Shown here piece after piece: positions 8,526-24,718 of a stretch of DNA of 64,000 bases; within the stretch, counting starts at the first letter, position 1, and every line of letters starts with the position of its first letter. The DNA lies in the NCBI RefSeq assembly GCF_002854065.1, contig NZ_CP024147.1. The stretch is one strand, 5' to 3'. Under the pieces are notes generated by a model. That model made no database searches. It saw only the letters and a program-made list of their open reading frames with translations, and was not told the origin of the DNA. Both the position numbers and the translations under genes were made by a program. The DNA is from Escherichia coli. Lineage in GTDB: Bacteria; Pseudomonadota; Gammaproteobacteria; Enterobacterales; Enterobacteriaceae.

Positions 8526-9505
8526 CTACGGGCGAACATACAACATCCACGACGCGCACCACACGCCGAGAATCATAAATACCAGGCCAATCCAGCCCTG
8601 CCAGGTCATCATCGCCGTCATCACCAAACCGTTGCCGATCGAGCAGCCGCCGGCAATGCTGGCACCGAAGCCCATCAGTACGCCGCCACCCGCGCTACGC
8701 AGCGTGGTGCTGGCATCGGCAGCGCGGACGCGGAATTCACGGCTGGCTTTCGCGGCAATAAACGAACCGATAAAGATTCCCAGCACCAGGAAGACGCCCC
8801 AGTTGAGGTACTTGCTGTCACCCCCCACCAGGAACTGCAGGATATTGGCGGTCGGCGAGGTAATGCCAAGGCCAAACATACGTCCGGTGGCCTCACTCAG
8901 CGGCCAGGCCAGCAGGGCGATAAGGCCAATCAGCACGGCGGTCACAAACGGATGCCAACGCTTTTCAAACAGCAGATGCGCCAGGCCAGTGCGGCGCGGC
9001 GGCAGAGAAGCTACTTTGAGCTTTGGTTTGCTCAGCTCTTTGCGAACAAACCACAGGGTCACCGCCACCAGCAGAACGATAAGTGGCCAGACGGAGATAT
9101 TCAGGGTTTCGGCAATGCCGTTGTGAGTGGTCGTGTGTTGACCGAGGAATTTGTTAAGCCCAGCCGCGTGCGGTGAACGCATGATCGCGCTCATCACCAT
9201 ATAGGTGACCAGTGCAATCCAGCTGCCAATCAGCCCTTCCCCGGCACGATACCAGGTGCCGGTGGCGCAGCCTCCCGCATAAACGATACCGATACCAAAA
9301 ACAAATCCACCCACCACGGTGCCAAGCCACGGGAACGCGCCTGCATCGTACTGCACCAGGCCAAGCTGGATCAGGGCGAACACGCCGATACTCTGGATAC
9401 AGATAGCAATCAACAGTGCGTAAAACATGCGGTTATTTTTGGTGATATACATATCGCGAAAGCCACCCGTCAGGCAGAAACGACCGCGCTGCATAACGAA
9501 TCCCA
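8526..9505 (-). pseudogene. yeeE: yeeE (tsuA) thiosulfate transporter, 3' portion from codon ~18 onward, separated from its 5' end by IS1
   Basis: Homology to YeeE begins at ...GFVMQRGRFCLTGGFRDMY; codons upstream of 9505 run directly into the IS1 end at 9506. Confidence 0.85.
9497..9505. repeat. 9-bp target site duplication (CGAATCCCA), left copy
   Basis: Identical 9-mer at 10274-10282 abutting the other IS1 end. Confidence 0.9.
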
Positions 9506-9560
9506 GGTGATGCTGCCAACTTACTGATTTAGTGTATGATGGTGTTTTTGAGGTGCTCCA

Positions 9561-9836
9561 GTGGCTTCTGTTTCTATCAGCTGTCCCTCCTGTTCAGCTA
9601 CTGACGGGGTGGTGCGTAACGGCAAAAGCACCGCCGGACATCAGCGCTATCTCTGCTCTCACTGCCGTAAAACATGGCAACTGCAGTTCACTTACACCGC
9701 TTCTCAACCCGGTACGCACCAGAAAATCATTGATATGGCCATGAATGGCGTTGGATGCCGGGCAACTGCCCGCATTATGGGCGTTGGCCTCAACACGATT
9801 TTACGTCACTTAAAAAACTCAGGCCGCAGTCGGTAA
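9561..9836 (+). CDS. insA: IS1 InsA
   Basis: 91 aa. Confidence 0.9.
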
Positions 9837-10258
9837 CCTCGCGCATACAGCCGGGCAGTGACGTCATCGTCTGCGCGGAAATGGACGAACAGTGGGGCTA
9901 TGTCGGGGCTAAATCGCGCCAGCGCTGGCTGTTTTACGCGTATGACAGTCTCCGGAAGACGGTTGTTGCGCACGTATTCGGTGAACGCACTATGGCGACG
10001 CTGGGGCGTCTTATGAGCCTGCTGTCACCCTTTGACGTGGTGATATGGATGACGGATGGCTGGCCGCTGTATGAATCCCGCCTGAAGGGAAAGCTGCACG
10101 TAATCAGCAAGCGATATACGCAGCGAATTGAGCGGCATAACCTGAATCTGAGGCAGCACCTGGCACGGCTGGGACGGAAGTCGCTGTCGTTCTCAAAATC
10201 GGTGGAGCTGCATGACAAAGTCATCGGGCATTATCTGAACATAAAACACTATCAATAA
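9755..10258 (+). CDS. insB: IS1 InsB frame
   Basis: 167 aa; A6C motif intact. Confidence 0.85.
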
Positions 10259-10273
10259 GTTGGAGTCATTACC

Positions 10274-10325
10274 CGAATCCCAGTAAAGCCCCGCAAATCA
10301 TGCCACTTATTATCATGTGCAACAT
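10274..10325 (-). pseudogene. yeeE: yeeE 5' fragment (first 17 codons, MLHMIISGMICGALLGF) including the right-hand TSD copy
   Basis: Reverse-strand translation matches the YeeE N-terminus; rejoining across the IS1 (minus one TSD copy) restores ...ALLGFVMQRGRF. Confidence 0.8.
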
Positions 10326-10460
10326 AAGAATCAATTAACTCAATATTATCAGTCTTAAAATTATTCCTGACCCCGCCGGACGGCTCCAATAACCAAAAGC
10401 TCTATATTATTCCCGACGGTTATTAATATTGATTTTTTAATCACCCCACAAACTTAAGAC

Positions 10461-10492
10461 AAAAAAAACCGGAGGCCCAGACCTCCGGTTTT
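10461..10492. terminator. Bidirectional rho-independent terminator downstream of plaP
   Basis: AAAAAAAA-CCGGAGGCCCAGACCTCCGG-TTTT. Confidence 0.6.
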
Positions 10493-10515
10493 GCAACCAT
10501 CGTTTTTAAATTCAG

Positions 10516-11874
10516 TTATGCAACATCTTCGTACTGCGGAACCGGGTTGCGGAAGCTTTTGGTCACACAGGCCAGGTAGATCAGACCGATACCGGCCCAG
10601 ATCAGGCCCAGAACCATAGAGCTCTCTTCCAGGTTCACCCACAGTGCGCCAACGGTCAGCGCGCCGCAGATTGGCAGGAACAGGTACTGGAAGTGATCTT
10701 TCAGCGTCTTATTACGCTTCTCACGGATCCAGAACTGAGAGATAACGGACAGGTTCACGAAGGTGAACGCCACCAGCGCACCGAAGTTAATCAGCGCCGT
10801 TGCCATCACCAGGTCGAAGTTAATCGCCAGCAGCGCAATCGCGCCAACCAGGATGATGTTCATCGCCGGGGTGCGCCAGGTTGGATGCACGTAGCCGAAG
10901 AAGCTTTTCGGGAACACGCCATCACGGCCCATCACGTACATCAGACGCGCCACACCCGCATGCGCCGCCATACCGGAAGCCAGCACGGTAATGGTGGAGA
11001 AGATCAGCGCGCCAACCTGGAAGGCTTTACCCGCCACGTACAGCATGATTTCAGGCTGTGAGGCGTCCGGATCTTTGAAGCGAGAGATATCCGGGAAGTA
11101 GAGCTGCAGGAAATAGGTGGAGAAGATAAAGATCAGGCCACCAATCAGCGCCGTCAGGAAGATAGCACGCGGAATCACACGCTCAGCGTCTTTGGTTTCT
11201 TCAGACAGGTTGCTGATACCGTCAAAACCGGTAAAGGAGAAGCACAGAATCGTGGCCCCGGTAATCATAGGGATCACGTGCGCATCACCCGACCAGAACG
11301 GACGGTTGCTTGCCAGCGTACCGGCACCTTCGCCGTGCGCCACGCCATAAATCACCATACCTAGGATCACGGCAATCAGTACCACCTGGAACACCACGAT
11401 CACGGTGTTAAAGTTGGCGACAGATTTGATGCTGCGCAGGTTAAAGGCGGTCATAAAGGCAACCAGTGCAATCACGAATACCCATGACGGTATCGACGGC
11501 ACCAGCGCTTCGAAATAGATTTTTGCCAGCAGAATGTTGATCATCGGCGCGAACAGATAATCGAGCAGCGAAGACCAACCCACCATAAAGCCAACGGTCG
11601 GGCTGATGGATTTCTGGGCATAAGTGTAGGCAGAGCCCGCCGAAGGATAACGGCGCACCAGCTTACCGTAGCTCAGCGCGGTGAACAGAATTGCCACCAG
11701 AGCGAAGGCATAAGCTGTTGGCACGTGACCATCGGTCATGCCAGATACGATACCGAACGTATCAAACAGCGTCATCGGCTGCATATAGGCCAGGCCCATC
11801 ATAACAACCGGAATAAGCGTAAGCGTTTTACGTAATTCCACGCGAGAGGTGTTTGGAGTAACGTTATGCGACAC
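10516..11874 (-). CDS. plaP: Putrescine importer PlaP (YeeF), APC-family permease
   Basis: 452 aa, near-colinear with E. coli PlaP ([20 protein letters not shown]...). Confidence 0.9.
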   Translation of the reverse strand: MSHNVTPNTSRVELRKTLTLIPVVMMGLAYMQPMTLFDTFGIVSGMTDGHVPTAYAFALVAILFTALSYGKLVRRYPSAGSAYTYAQKSISPTVGFMVGWSSLLDYLFAPMINILLAKIYFEALVPSIPSWVFVIALVAFMTAFNLRSIKSVANFNTVIVVFQVVLIAVILGMVIYGVAHGEGAGTLASNRPFWSGDAHVIPMITGATILCFSFTGFDGISNLSEETKDAERVIPRAIFLTALIGGLIFIFSTYFLQLYFPDISRFKDPDASQPEIMLYVAGKAFQVGALIFSTITVLASGMAAHAGVARLMYVMGRDGVFPKSFFGYVHPTWRTPAMNIILVGAIALLAINFDLVMATALINFGALVAFTFVNLSVISQFWIREKRNKTLKDHFQYLFLPICGALTVGALWVNLEESSMVLGLIWAGIGLIYLACVTKSFRNPVPQYEDVA

Positions 11875-12221
11875 GGTCAGTCTCCATTACGGCGATGGCC
11901 GGCGCAAAATTGAAAAATTGCCCCATTTTTTTTCTGTTTCCTCAGCGACAACGACTGTCGTTTTTTAAGTAAGTATCTATCCGGTACGAAGCCCGGCCTC
12001 TTTAATTTGATGGTTGTTTTGATGTAAAAAAAATAACCGACGCGGCAAGCACGTCGGTTAATCTCAATTTTTTACATTCGACATATTTTGCCCCAAACGG
12101 TAGCAAAAAGACAAGCCGCTGAGAGCATAATCAGCACGCCTTCTCGTCTAAACGACTGATAATTCAGCAACTCCCGAATCATAAATCTCATCAATAGCAC
12201 TATTTGCTAAAACAGCGGCGA

Positions 12222-13043
12222 TTATTCCATCGGCATACGTAACGGGTCAGGATACTGATACTCAAAGCCGAGCTCGCGGCAAATGAGATTACCGTCGATG
12301 ATTTTGCCTTTTCCATTACCGCTGTCGCTAAAGCTCGGAACCGCTAACCCCAGCTCACGCGCCATTTGCGGATAGAAAATACCGCGAGCGGGATGCAACG
12401 GCGCACAAATGTTATAAATGTGTCCACCCTTCGGCGCCTGTAATAAAAGCGTAATAGCAGAGACAACATCTTCCAGATGGACGAGATTCACGCCGTGCTG
12501 ACCATCCGGCGCGGATTTACCTGCGAAGAAACGTCCCGGATGCCGATCCGGCCCCACCAGCCCCGCCAGACGCAGAATATCCACCGACGTCCCCGGCAAT
12601 TGATGAAGCCAGTCTTCCAGCTCTTTTAATACTCTGCCGCTAGCGGTAACCGGTTCACGCGGCGTGCTCTCTTTTACCAGCCCTTCTTCTTTACCGTAGA
12701 CCGAAGTGGAGCTGGTAAAGATAATGCGCGGAATCTGGTACGCCAGCGCGGTGTCCACAATCTCCTGCACCGCCTGATGATAGAAATCTTCGCCCGGACC
12801 GCTGCGGCGCGCGGGGAGCGTAATGACCAGCGCGTCAACATTCATTAAAGCATCAAGGTCATCAGCCTCACAGACCAGCTGCGGATCGAGCCGCAACGGA
12901 TAGCTATCAATCCCGCACATCCGTGCGGCTTCCACGCCATCCTCTGTCGTTTTACTGCCCGTTACCTGCCAGCCGCGCGCCATCAACGACAGCGCCAGCG
13001 GCATACCCAGCCACCCTAAACCGACAATTGCCACCTTCTTCAT
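12222..13043 (-). CDS. yeeZ: NAD-dependent epimerase/dehydratase family protein YeeZ
   Basis: Start chosen at MKKVAIVGLGWLG (AGGAGA RBS), matching the 274-aa E. coli YeeZ; the longer ORF 12222-13109 is rejected. Confidence 0.85.
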   Translation of the reverse strand: MKKVAIVGLGWLGMPLALSLMARGWQVTGSKTTEDGVEAARMCGIDSYPLRLDPQLVCEADDLDALMNVDALVITLPARRSGPGEDFYHQAVQEIVDTALAYQIPRIIFTSSTSVYGKEEGLVKESTPREPVTASGRVLKELEDWLHQLPGTSVDILRLAGLVGPDRHPGRFFAGKSAPDGQHGVNLVHLEDVVSAITLLLQAPKGGHIYNICAPLHPARGIFYPQMARELGLAVPSFSDSGNGKGKIIDGNLICRELGFEYQYPDPLRMPME

Positions 13044-13149
13044 TGCGCTATCTCCTGGTTCATCCTGCACTCCTCTCATAAGGCTACGCCACAGCGAGAA
13101 AACTGACAATTTATAGTGGTAACATGAATTGATTTAATGAATGAAAAAA

Positions 13150-13195
13150 GCGCTTGCGCTCAACGACAAAAGTGGTTTAGGTTAAAAGACATCAA
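13150..13195 (+). promoter_or_regulatory. his operon promoter region (approximate)
   Basis: Position relative to hisL and recalled similarity to the E. coli his promoter; -35/-10 hexamers not confidently placed. Confidence 0.35.
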
Positions 13196-13221
13196 GTGAA
13201 TAGTCATTCAACGAGAAATTT

Positions 13222-13272
13222 ATGAGCCGCGTTCAATTTAAACACCACCATCATCACCATCATCCTGACTAG
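13222..13272 (+). CDS. hisL: his operon leader peptide ([16 protein letters not shown])
   Basis: 16-codon ORF with seven consecutive His codons. Confidence 0.9.
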   Translation: MSRVQFKHHHHHHHPD

Positions 13273-13333
13273 TCTTTCAGGCGATGTGTGCTGGGAGACA
13301 TTCAGATCTTCCAGTGGTGCATGAACGCAAGAG

Positions 13334-13370
13334 AGCCCCCGGAAGATCATCTTCCGGGGGCTTTTTTTTG
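13334..13370 (+). terminator. his attenuator terminator
   Basis: AGCCCCCGGAAGATCATCTTCCGGGGGCT hairpin followed by TTTTTTTT, between hisL and hisG. Confidence 0.9.
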
Positions 13371-13404
13371 AACCAAATTCAGCAGGGTAATGAGGAATAC
13401 AGAA

Positions 13405-14303
13405 TGTTAGATAACAGCCGTTTACGCATAGCTATTCAGAAATCAGGCCGCCTGAGCGATGATTCACGCGAATTACTGGCCCGTTGTGGTATCAAAATCA
13501 ATCTCCACACCCAGCGCCTGATCGCGATGGCGGAGAACATGCCGATCGATATCCTGCGCGTTCGCGATGACGATATTCCGGGGTTGATTATGGATGGCGT
13601 GGTCGATCTCGGCATTATCGGTGAAAACGTTCTGGAAGAAGAGCTGCTGAGCCGCCGCGCGCAAGGCGAAGACCCGCGCTACTTTACCCTGCGTCGTCTG
13701 GACTTCGGCGGCTGCCGTCTGTCGCTGGCGACCCCGGCGGATGAAGCCTGGAACGGCCCGGCTGCGCTCGACGGCAAACGTATTGCCACCTCTTACCCAC
13801 ACCTGCTCAAACGTTATCTCGACCAGAAAGGCATCAGCTTTAAATCCTGCCTGCTGAACGGCTCTGTTGAAGTGGCCCCGCGTGCCGGTCTGGCCGACGC
13901 CATCTGCGACCTGGTATCAACCGGCGCGACGCTGGAAGCCAACGGCCTGCGTGAAGTAGAAGTGATGTTCCGCTCTAAAGCCTGCCTGATTCAACGCGAC
14001 GGCGAGATGAGCGACACCAAGCAGCAGTTGATTGACCGTCTGTTAACCCGTATTCAGGGCGTGATTCAGGCGCGCGAATCGAAATACATCATGATGCACG
14101 CGCCAACCGAACGCCTGGAAGAAGTGATTGCCCTGCTGCCGGGTGCCGAGCGCCCAACCATTCTGCCGCTGGCGGGCGACCAGCAGCGCGTGGCGATGCA
14201 CATGGTCAGCAGCGAAACCCTGTTCTGGGAAACCATGGAAAAACTGAAGTCCCTGGGTGCCAGCTCGATTCTGGTACTGCCGATTGAGAAGATGATGGAG
14301 TAA
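13405..14303 (+). CDS. hisG: ATP phosphoribosyltransferase
   Basis: 299 aa starting [17 protein letters not shown]; the ORF-track 5' extension to 13284 spans the attenuator and is rejected. Confidence 0.95.
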
Positions 14304-14308
14304 GCGCC

Positions 14309-19813
<5,505 letters not shown>

Positions 19814-19820
<7 letters not shown>

Positions 19821-20413
19821 CTGAACAACTGGACTGGCAAAAAACCGACGGACTGATGCCCGCCATTATCCAACACGCGGTATCCGGTGAAGTGCTGATG
19901 CTGGGCTATATGAACGAGGAAGCGCTGGCCAAAACGCAGGAAACGGGCAAAGTGACCTTTTTCTCGCGCACCAAACAGCGCCTGTGGACCAAGGGTGAAA
20001 CCTCCGGCCACTTCCTCAATGTGGTAAGCATCGCGCCCGACTGCGACAATGACACTCTGCTGGTGCTGGTTAACCCGATTGGCCCGACCTGCCATAAAGG
20101 CACCTCAAGCTGCTTCGGCGACACCAGCCACCAGTGGCTGTTCCTGTATCAGCTTGAGCAGCTGCTGGCCGAGCGTAAAAACGCTGACCCGGCAAGTTCA
20201 TACACCGCTAAGCTGTACGCCAGCGGCACCAAGCGTATCGCGCAGAAAGTGGGTGAAGAAGGCGTGGAAACCGCGCTGGCCGCCACGGTGCACGATAAGT
20301 TTGAGCTGAAGAATGAGGCGTCGGATTTGATGTATCACCTGCTGGTGCTATTGCAGGATCAGGAGCTGGATTTGACGGCGGTGATTGAGAATTTGCGGGA
20401 ACGGCATAAGTAA
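19814..20413 (+). CDS. hisI: Bifunctional phosphoribosyl-AMP cyclohydrolase / phosphoribosyl-ATP pyrophosphatase
   Basis: 199 aa; last gene of the operon. Confidence 0.95.
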
Positions 20414-20425
20414 CGGATAAATTTG

Positions 20426-20455
20426 AGCCCGGCGATAACACCGGGCTTTATTATT
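20426..20455 (+). terminator. his operon terminator (hairpin shared with convergent ugd)
   Basis: AGCCCGG-CGATAACA-CCGGGCT followed by TTTATTATT. Confidence 0.6.
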
Positions 20456-20469
20456 GCTGCACGAACCTG

Positions 20470-21636
20470 TCAATCATTACCAAACAGATCGCGGGTATAC
20501 ACCTTCTCTTTCACATCAGCCAATTCTTCCGCCATTCGGTTAGAAATGATGACATCCGCTTCTTGCTTAAATGCATCCAAATCGCGTACAACGCGGGAAT
20601 TAAAGAATTCATCTTCTTTCATCGCAGGTTCATACACAATCACTGGAATGCCTTTCGCTTTGATTCGTATCATAATCCCTTGAATCGAAGATGCGCGGAA
20701 ATTGTCGGATCCTGACTTCATGACGAGGCGATATACCCCAACCACTTTCGGCTTGCGGGCCAGGATGGAATCGGCAATAAAATCCTTGCGGGTACGGTTA
20801 GCGTCAACAATCGCACCGACGATGTTATTTGGCACAGACGCATAATTTGCCAGCAGTTGTTTAGTATCTTTCGGGAGGCAATATCCACCATAACCAAAAG
20901 ATGGATTGTTATAGTGATTACCGATGCGCGGGTCCAGGCACACGCCTTCAATAATCTGGCGGGAGTTCAGGCCCAGGCTTTCCGCATAGCTATCCAGCTC
21001 GTTGAAATAAGCCACGCGCATCGCGAGGTAGGTGTTCGCGAATAGCTTGATAGCTTCGGCTTCGGTCGAGTCGGTGAACAGCGTCGGGATATCCTTCTTC
21101 ACTGCCCCTTCCTGCAGCAGCGCGGCAAAACGCTCGGCACGCTCAGAACGTTCGCCGATAACGATACGCGACGGATGCAGGTTGTCGTACAGCGCACGGC
21201 CTTCGCGCAGGAATTCCGGCGAGAAGAAAATATTGTCGATACCCAGTTTTTCTTTAATCGAATTGGTAAAGCCTACCGGAATGGTAGATTTGATAACCAT
21301 CACCGCGTTGGGGTTGATTTCAACGACGTCACGGATAACAGACTCAACGCTGGACGTATTGAAATAGTTCGTTTTGGGGTCGTAATCGGTCGGAGTGGCG
21401 ATGATCACATAGTCTGCATCGCGATAAGCATCGCGCTTATCAGTGGTCGCACGGAAATTCAGCGGTTTGGTCGCCAGATACTCTTCGATCTCTTTGTCGA
21501 CGATCGGCGACTGTTTCTGATTCAGCATGTCGACCTTGGCCTGAACGATATCCAGGGCCACCACTTCGTGGTGCTGGGCGATCAGAATGCCGTTCGACAG
21601 GCCGACGTAACCTGTTCCTGAAATAGTTATCTTCAT
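20470..21636 (-). CDS. ugd: UDP-glucose 6-dehydrogenase
   Basis: 388 aa [16 protein letters not shown]...[10 protein letters not shown]. Confidence 0.95.
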   Translation of the reverse strand: MKITISGTGYVGLSNGILIAQHHEVVALDIVQAKVDMLNQKQSPIVDKEIEEYLATKPLNFRATTDKRDAYRDADYVIIATPTDYDPKTNYFNTSSVESVIRDVVEINPNAVMVIKSTIPVGFTNSIKEKLGIDNIFFSPEFLREGRALYDNLHPSRIVIGERSERAERFAALLQEGAVKKDIPTLFTDSTEAEAIKLFANTYLAMRVAYFNELDSYAESLGLNSRQIIEGVCLDPRIGNHYNNPSFGYGGYCLPKDTKQLLANYASVPNNIVGAIVDANRTRKDFIADSILARKPKVVGVYRLVMKSGSDNFRASSIQGIMIRIKAKGIPVIVYEPAMKEDEFFNSRVVRDLDAFKQEADVIISNRMAEELADVKEKVYTRDLFGND

Positions 21637-21784
21637 TCGCTCTGTAACTTCTTCCGGTTAAACATTTGAGGGTGAATGCATCACCACCGTGGGACCCAAC
21701 GTTGTCGGATCGGCTTGCCGCCAGTATATCGCGAATTACCGCGTCGCCGCCTATCAGACCTGACTGAATGCTGTTTTCAGACAA

Positions 21785-21812
21785 TAAAAAAGCCCGGAGA
21801 TGCGCTCCGGGC
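21785..21812 (-). terminator. gnd terminator
   Basis: On minus strand: GCCCGGAG-CGCAT-CTCCGGGC followed by U-tract. Confidence 0.5.
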
Positions 21813-21839
21813 CTGGCTTTACGGATGAACTAATTCAGA

Positions 21840-23246
21840 TTAATCCAGCCATTCGGTGTGGAACACACCTTCTTTATCAGTGCGTTTATAGGTATGCGCG
21901 CCGAAGTAGTCACGCTGAGCCTGAATCAGGTTCGCCGGCAGTACCGCAGCGCGGTAGCTATCGTAGTACGCCACTGCTGCAGAGAAGGTCGGTACCGGAA
22001 TACCGTTCTGCACAGCATAGGCCACCACGTCACGCAGCGCCTGCTGGTATTCATCAGCGATATTTTTGAAGTACGGTGCCAGCAGCAGGTTGGCGATACT
22101 CGCGTTTTCAGCGTAGGCGTCGGTGATTTTCTGCAGGAACTGTGCACGAATGATGCAGCCCGCGCGGAAGATCTTCGCGATTTCGCCGTAGTTCAGATCC
22201 CAGTTGTACTCGTCAGACGCGGCACGCAGCTGAGAGAAGCCCTGCGCGTAGGAGACGATTTTACCCAGGTACAGTGCGCGACGCACTTTCTCAACGAACT
22301 CTGCTTTATCGCCAGCCAGTTTAGCCTGCGGGCCAGTCAGCACTTTAGATGCCGCCACGCGCTGGTCTTTCAGGGAGGAGATGTAGCGCGCGAAAACAGA
22401 TTCAGTGATCAGCGACAGCGGTTCGCCCAGGTCCAGAGAGCTCTGGCTAGTCCATTTACCGGTGCCTTTGTTCGCCGCTTCGTCGAGGATCACATCAACC
22501 AGGTATTTACCGTCTTCATCTTTTTTGGTGAAGATGTCTTTGGTGATGTCGATCAGGTAGCTGCTCAGCTCGCCTTCATTCCACTCGGTGAAGGTGGTTG
22601 CCAGCTCTTCGTTAGACAGGTTCAGGCCGCCTTTCAGCAGAGAATAGGCTTCAGCAATCAGCTGCATGTCGCCGTATTCGATACCGTTGTGGACCATTTT
22701 CACGTAATGACCCGCACCGTCAGCACCGATGTAGGTTACGCAAGGCTCGCCGTCTTCAGCTACAGCAGCAATCTTGGTCAGGATAGGCGCAACCAACTCA
22801 TACGCTTCTTTCTGGCCGCCAGGCATGATAGATGGGCCCTTCAGCGCGCCCTCTTCGCCGCCGGATACGCCGGTACCGATGAAGTTAAAGCCTTCAGCAG
22901 ACAGCTCACGGTTACGACGAATGGTATCCTGGAAGAAGGTGTTACCACCATCAATGATGATGTCACCTTTATCAAGGTAAGGTTTCAGGGAATCGATGGC
23001 AGCATCGGTGCCCGCGCCTGCTTTCACCATTAACAGGATACGACGTGGGGTCTCAAGAGACTCGACGAACTCCTTGACCGTGTAGTGAGGAACCAGCTTT
23101 TTGCCTGGATTCTCAGCGACAACTTCTTCGGTTTTTTCACGGGAGCGGTTGAAGATAGAGACGGTATAACCACGGCTTTCGATGTTGAGCGCCAGGTTGC
23201 GCCCCATCACAGCCATACCGACTACGCCGATTTGTTGCTTAGACAT
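21840..23246 (-). CDS. gnd: 6-phosphogluconate dehydrogenase (decarboxylating)
   Basis: 468 aa [27 protein letters not shown]... Confidence 0.95.
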   Translation of the reverse strand: MSKQQIGVVGMAVMGRNLALNIESRGYTVSIFNRSREKTEEVVAENPGKKLVPHYTVKEFVESLETPRRILLMVKAGAGTDAAIDSLKPYLDKGDIIIDGGNTFFQDTIRRNRELSAEGFNFIGTGVSGGEEGALKGPSIMPGGQKEAYELVAPILTKIAAVAEDGEPCVTYIGADGAGHYVKMVHNGIEYGDMQLIAEAYSLLKGGLNLSNEELATTFTEWNEGELSSYLIDITKDIFTKKDEDGKYLVDVILDEAANKGTGKWTSQSSLDLGEPLSLITESVFARYISSLKDQRVAASKVLTGPQAKLAGDKAEFVEKVRRALYLGKIVSYAQGFSQLRAASDEYNWDLNYGEIAKIFRAGCIIRAQFLQKITDAYAENASIANLLLAPYFKNIADEYQQALRDVVAYAVQNGIPVPTFSAAVAYYDSYRAAVLPANLIQAQRDYFGAHTYKRTDKEGVFHTEWLD

Positions 23247-23417
23247 TACATACTCCTGTCAGGTAGTATCTGTCTATGAACAGACAGAATTTAAGAAATT
23301 ATATATTAGGAGAACGACAAGTTGTATAAAGAAATAGATGTTTGAGTGAAATTAATAACTGTCATAAGTAACTAAAAAAACGCATAGCGACAAGCTCAGA
23401 TAAGTTGTTGCTCAATA

Positions 23418-24563
23418 TTAGAGCACTTCTTGCATTGTGAGTTTATTATAGATTTGAACGGTTTTTCGTATGACAACGGTAGATGAATACTTTTCCTCTA
23501 CTCGCTTTCTGGCATTCTGCCCCATCTTAGTGCGCTCAAGAGGATCGCTAATAAGGATACCAAGCTTCTGAGAAAATAGGTTCACATTTCCTTTAGGCAC
23601 AAGGAAACCGTTATAACCGTCAAGTATTAAACTCCCACAACCACCAGTGTCAAAACTTATAACAGGACGACCGATTGCACCGGCTTCTAAAAGAATTCGA
23701 GGAATACCTTCAGAGTAAACAGATGGCAAAGCGACTATATCCACACTTTCAATTAATTCCTTGATATCGCTACGCTTGCCCAGCCAAATGATATCACCGG
23801 AGTTATGCCACTCTTCTATCTGAGTTATACTTATAGCGTCGCGATCATTGTCAACAAGAATGCCCGCAACTAATATCTCAAATTCGATGCCTTGTAATTT
23901 TAAAATTCTACTAGCATCAATTAACGTGCGTAGCCCTTTACTCCAAAGCATGCGACTTGCAAAAAAAACTTTAACCTTGGTATTATTAGGTGGTGTACTA
24001 TAACAAAAATAGTCTATATTAATACCTGCGCCATCAATAACTTCAGTTTTATTTTTTGGAATATCTAATAGTTCAATTATTTTTTGCTGATCTTTTTTAT
24101 GTTCAAAGAGGATACAACAATCAATATTTAAGAAAAATCTTCTATACATATTAGCAATTAAGAACTTAACCATTTGGTAAATGACCTTATTGCTTTCAAA
24201 AACTCTACCTAACCCAACAAAACTATAGACCATTTTTTTGTTTCGGATTCTGGCCCATAAACAACTAATCACACCAGGTTTAATCGTGACGCTATGCACA
24301 ATATCAGGATTAATTTTATTCAATGTTCTAAATGAGCGAGTTATATCGCAAAAGAAAACAACAGGATTGATATTTTGCTCTTTTATTTTACTATCAATAC
24401 ACTTAAATCCTAAACTAGTAAAGCGATCCAGAATAGACTTGTCAGAATAATTCGCAAAAATATAGACATCATATCCTGCTTCCAGAACTGATAAGGCACG
24501 ATCTAACCAATGTAATTCGAAATACCAAGCGGAGTTCACAAAATAACATATCTTTATTTTCAT
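23418..24563 (-). CDS. Glycosyltransferase, family 1 (GT4-like)
   Basis: 381 aa with C-terminal GT1 motifs (SEGIPRILLEAGAIGRPVIS); AT-rich. Confidence 0.75.
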   Translation of the reverse strand: MKIKICYFVNSAWYFELHWLDRALSVLEAGYDVYIFANYSDKSILDRFTSLGFKCIDSKIKEQNINPVVFFCDITRSFRTLNKINPDIVHSVTIKPGVISCLWARIRNKKMVYSFVGLGRVFESNKVIYQMVKFLIANMYRRFFLNIDCCILFEHKKDQQKIIELLDIPKNKTEVIDGAGINIDYFCYSTPPNNTKVKVFFASRMLWSKGLRTLIDASRILKLQGIEFEILVAGILVDNDRDAISITQIEEWHNSGDIIWLGKRSDIKELIESVDIVALPSVYSEGIPRILLEAGAIGRPVISFDTGGCGSLILDGYNGFLVPKGNVNLFSQKLGILISDPLERTKMGQNARKRVEEKYSSTVVIRKTVQIYNKLTMQEVL

Positions 24564-24718
24564 ATTTAAAACTCACATCTCCTTCCTTAAGCTATTATCC
24601 TGTTAAAATTTAAAACCTCAGCACGTCATCTTATACTTCGAAGAAAATATCAGTTTTAAATAAAGCAAAACAAATCATCCCTGATTTGTTTGTGAATCAA
24701 AATAAAGACTATTACAAA

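Larger units (their letters stand above)
9506..10273 (+). mobile_element. IS1, complete 768-bp copy inserted in yeeE
   Basis: Same termini as the 3932 copy; several SNPs relative to it, including a cluster just upstream of the frameshift motif. Confidence 0.95.

Noticed and set aside
12222-13109. 295-aa version of yeeZ
   Set aside because: Start at MKKVAIVGLG (13043) has an RBS and matches the recalled 274-aa length.
13284-14303. 339-aa hisG ORF starting upstream of the attenuator
   Set aside because: Would read through the attenuator hairpin; true start is MLDNSRL at 13405.
24564-24718. 155-bp AT-rich gap between the last two O-antigen genes as a possible insertion scar or small RNA
   Set aside because: No repeats, hairpins or ORF detected; most simply an internal intergenic or promoter region.
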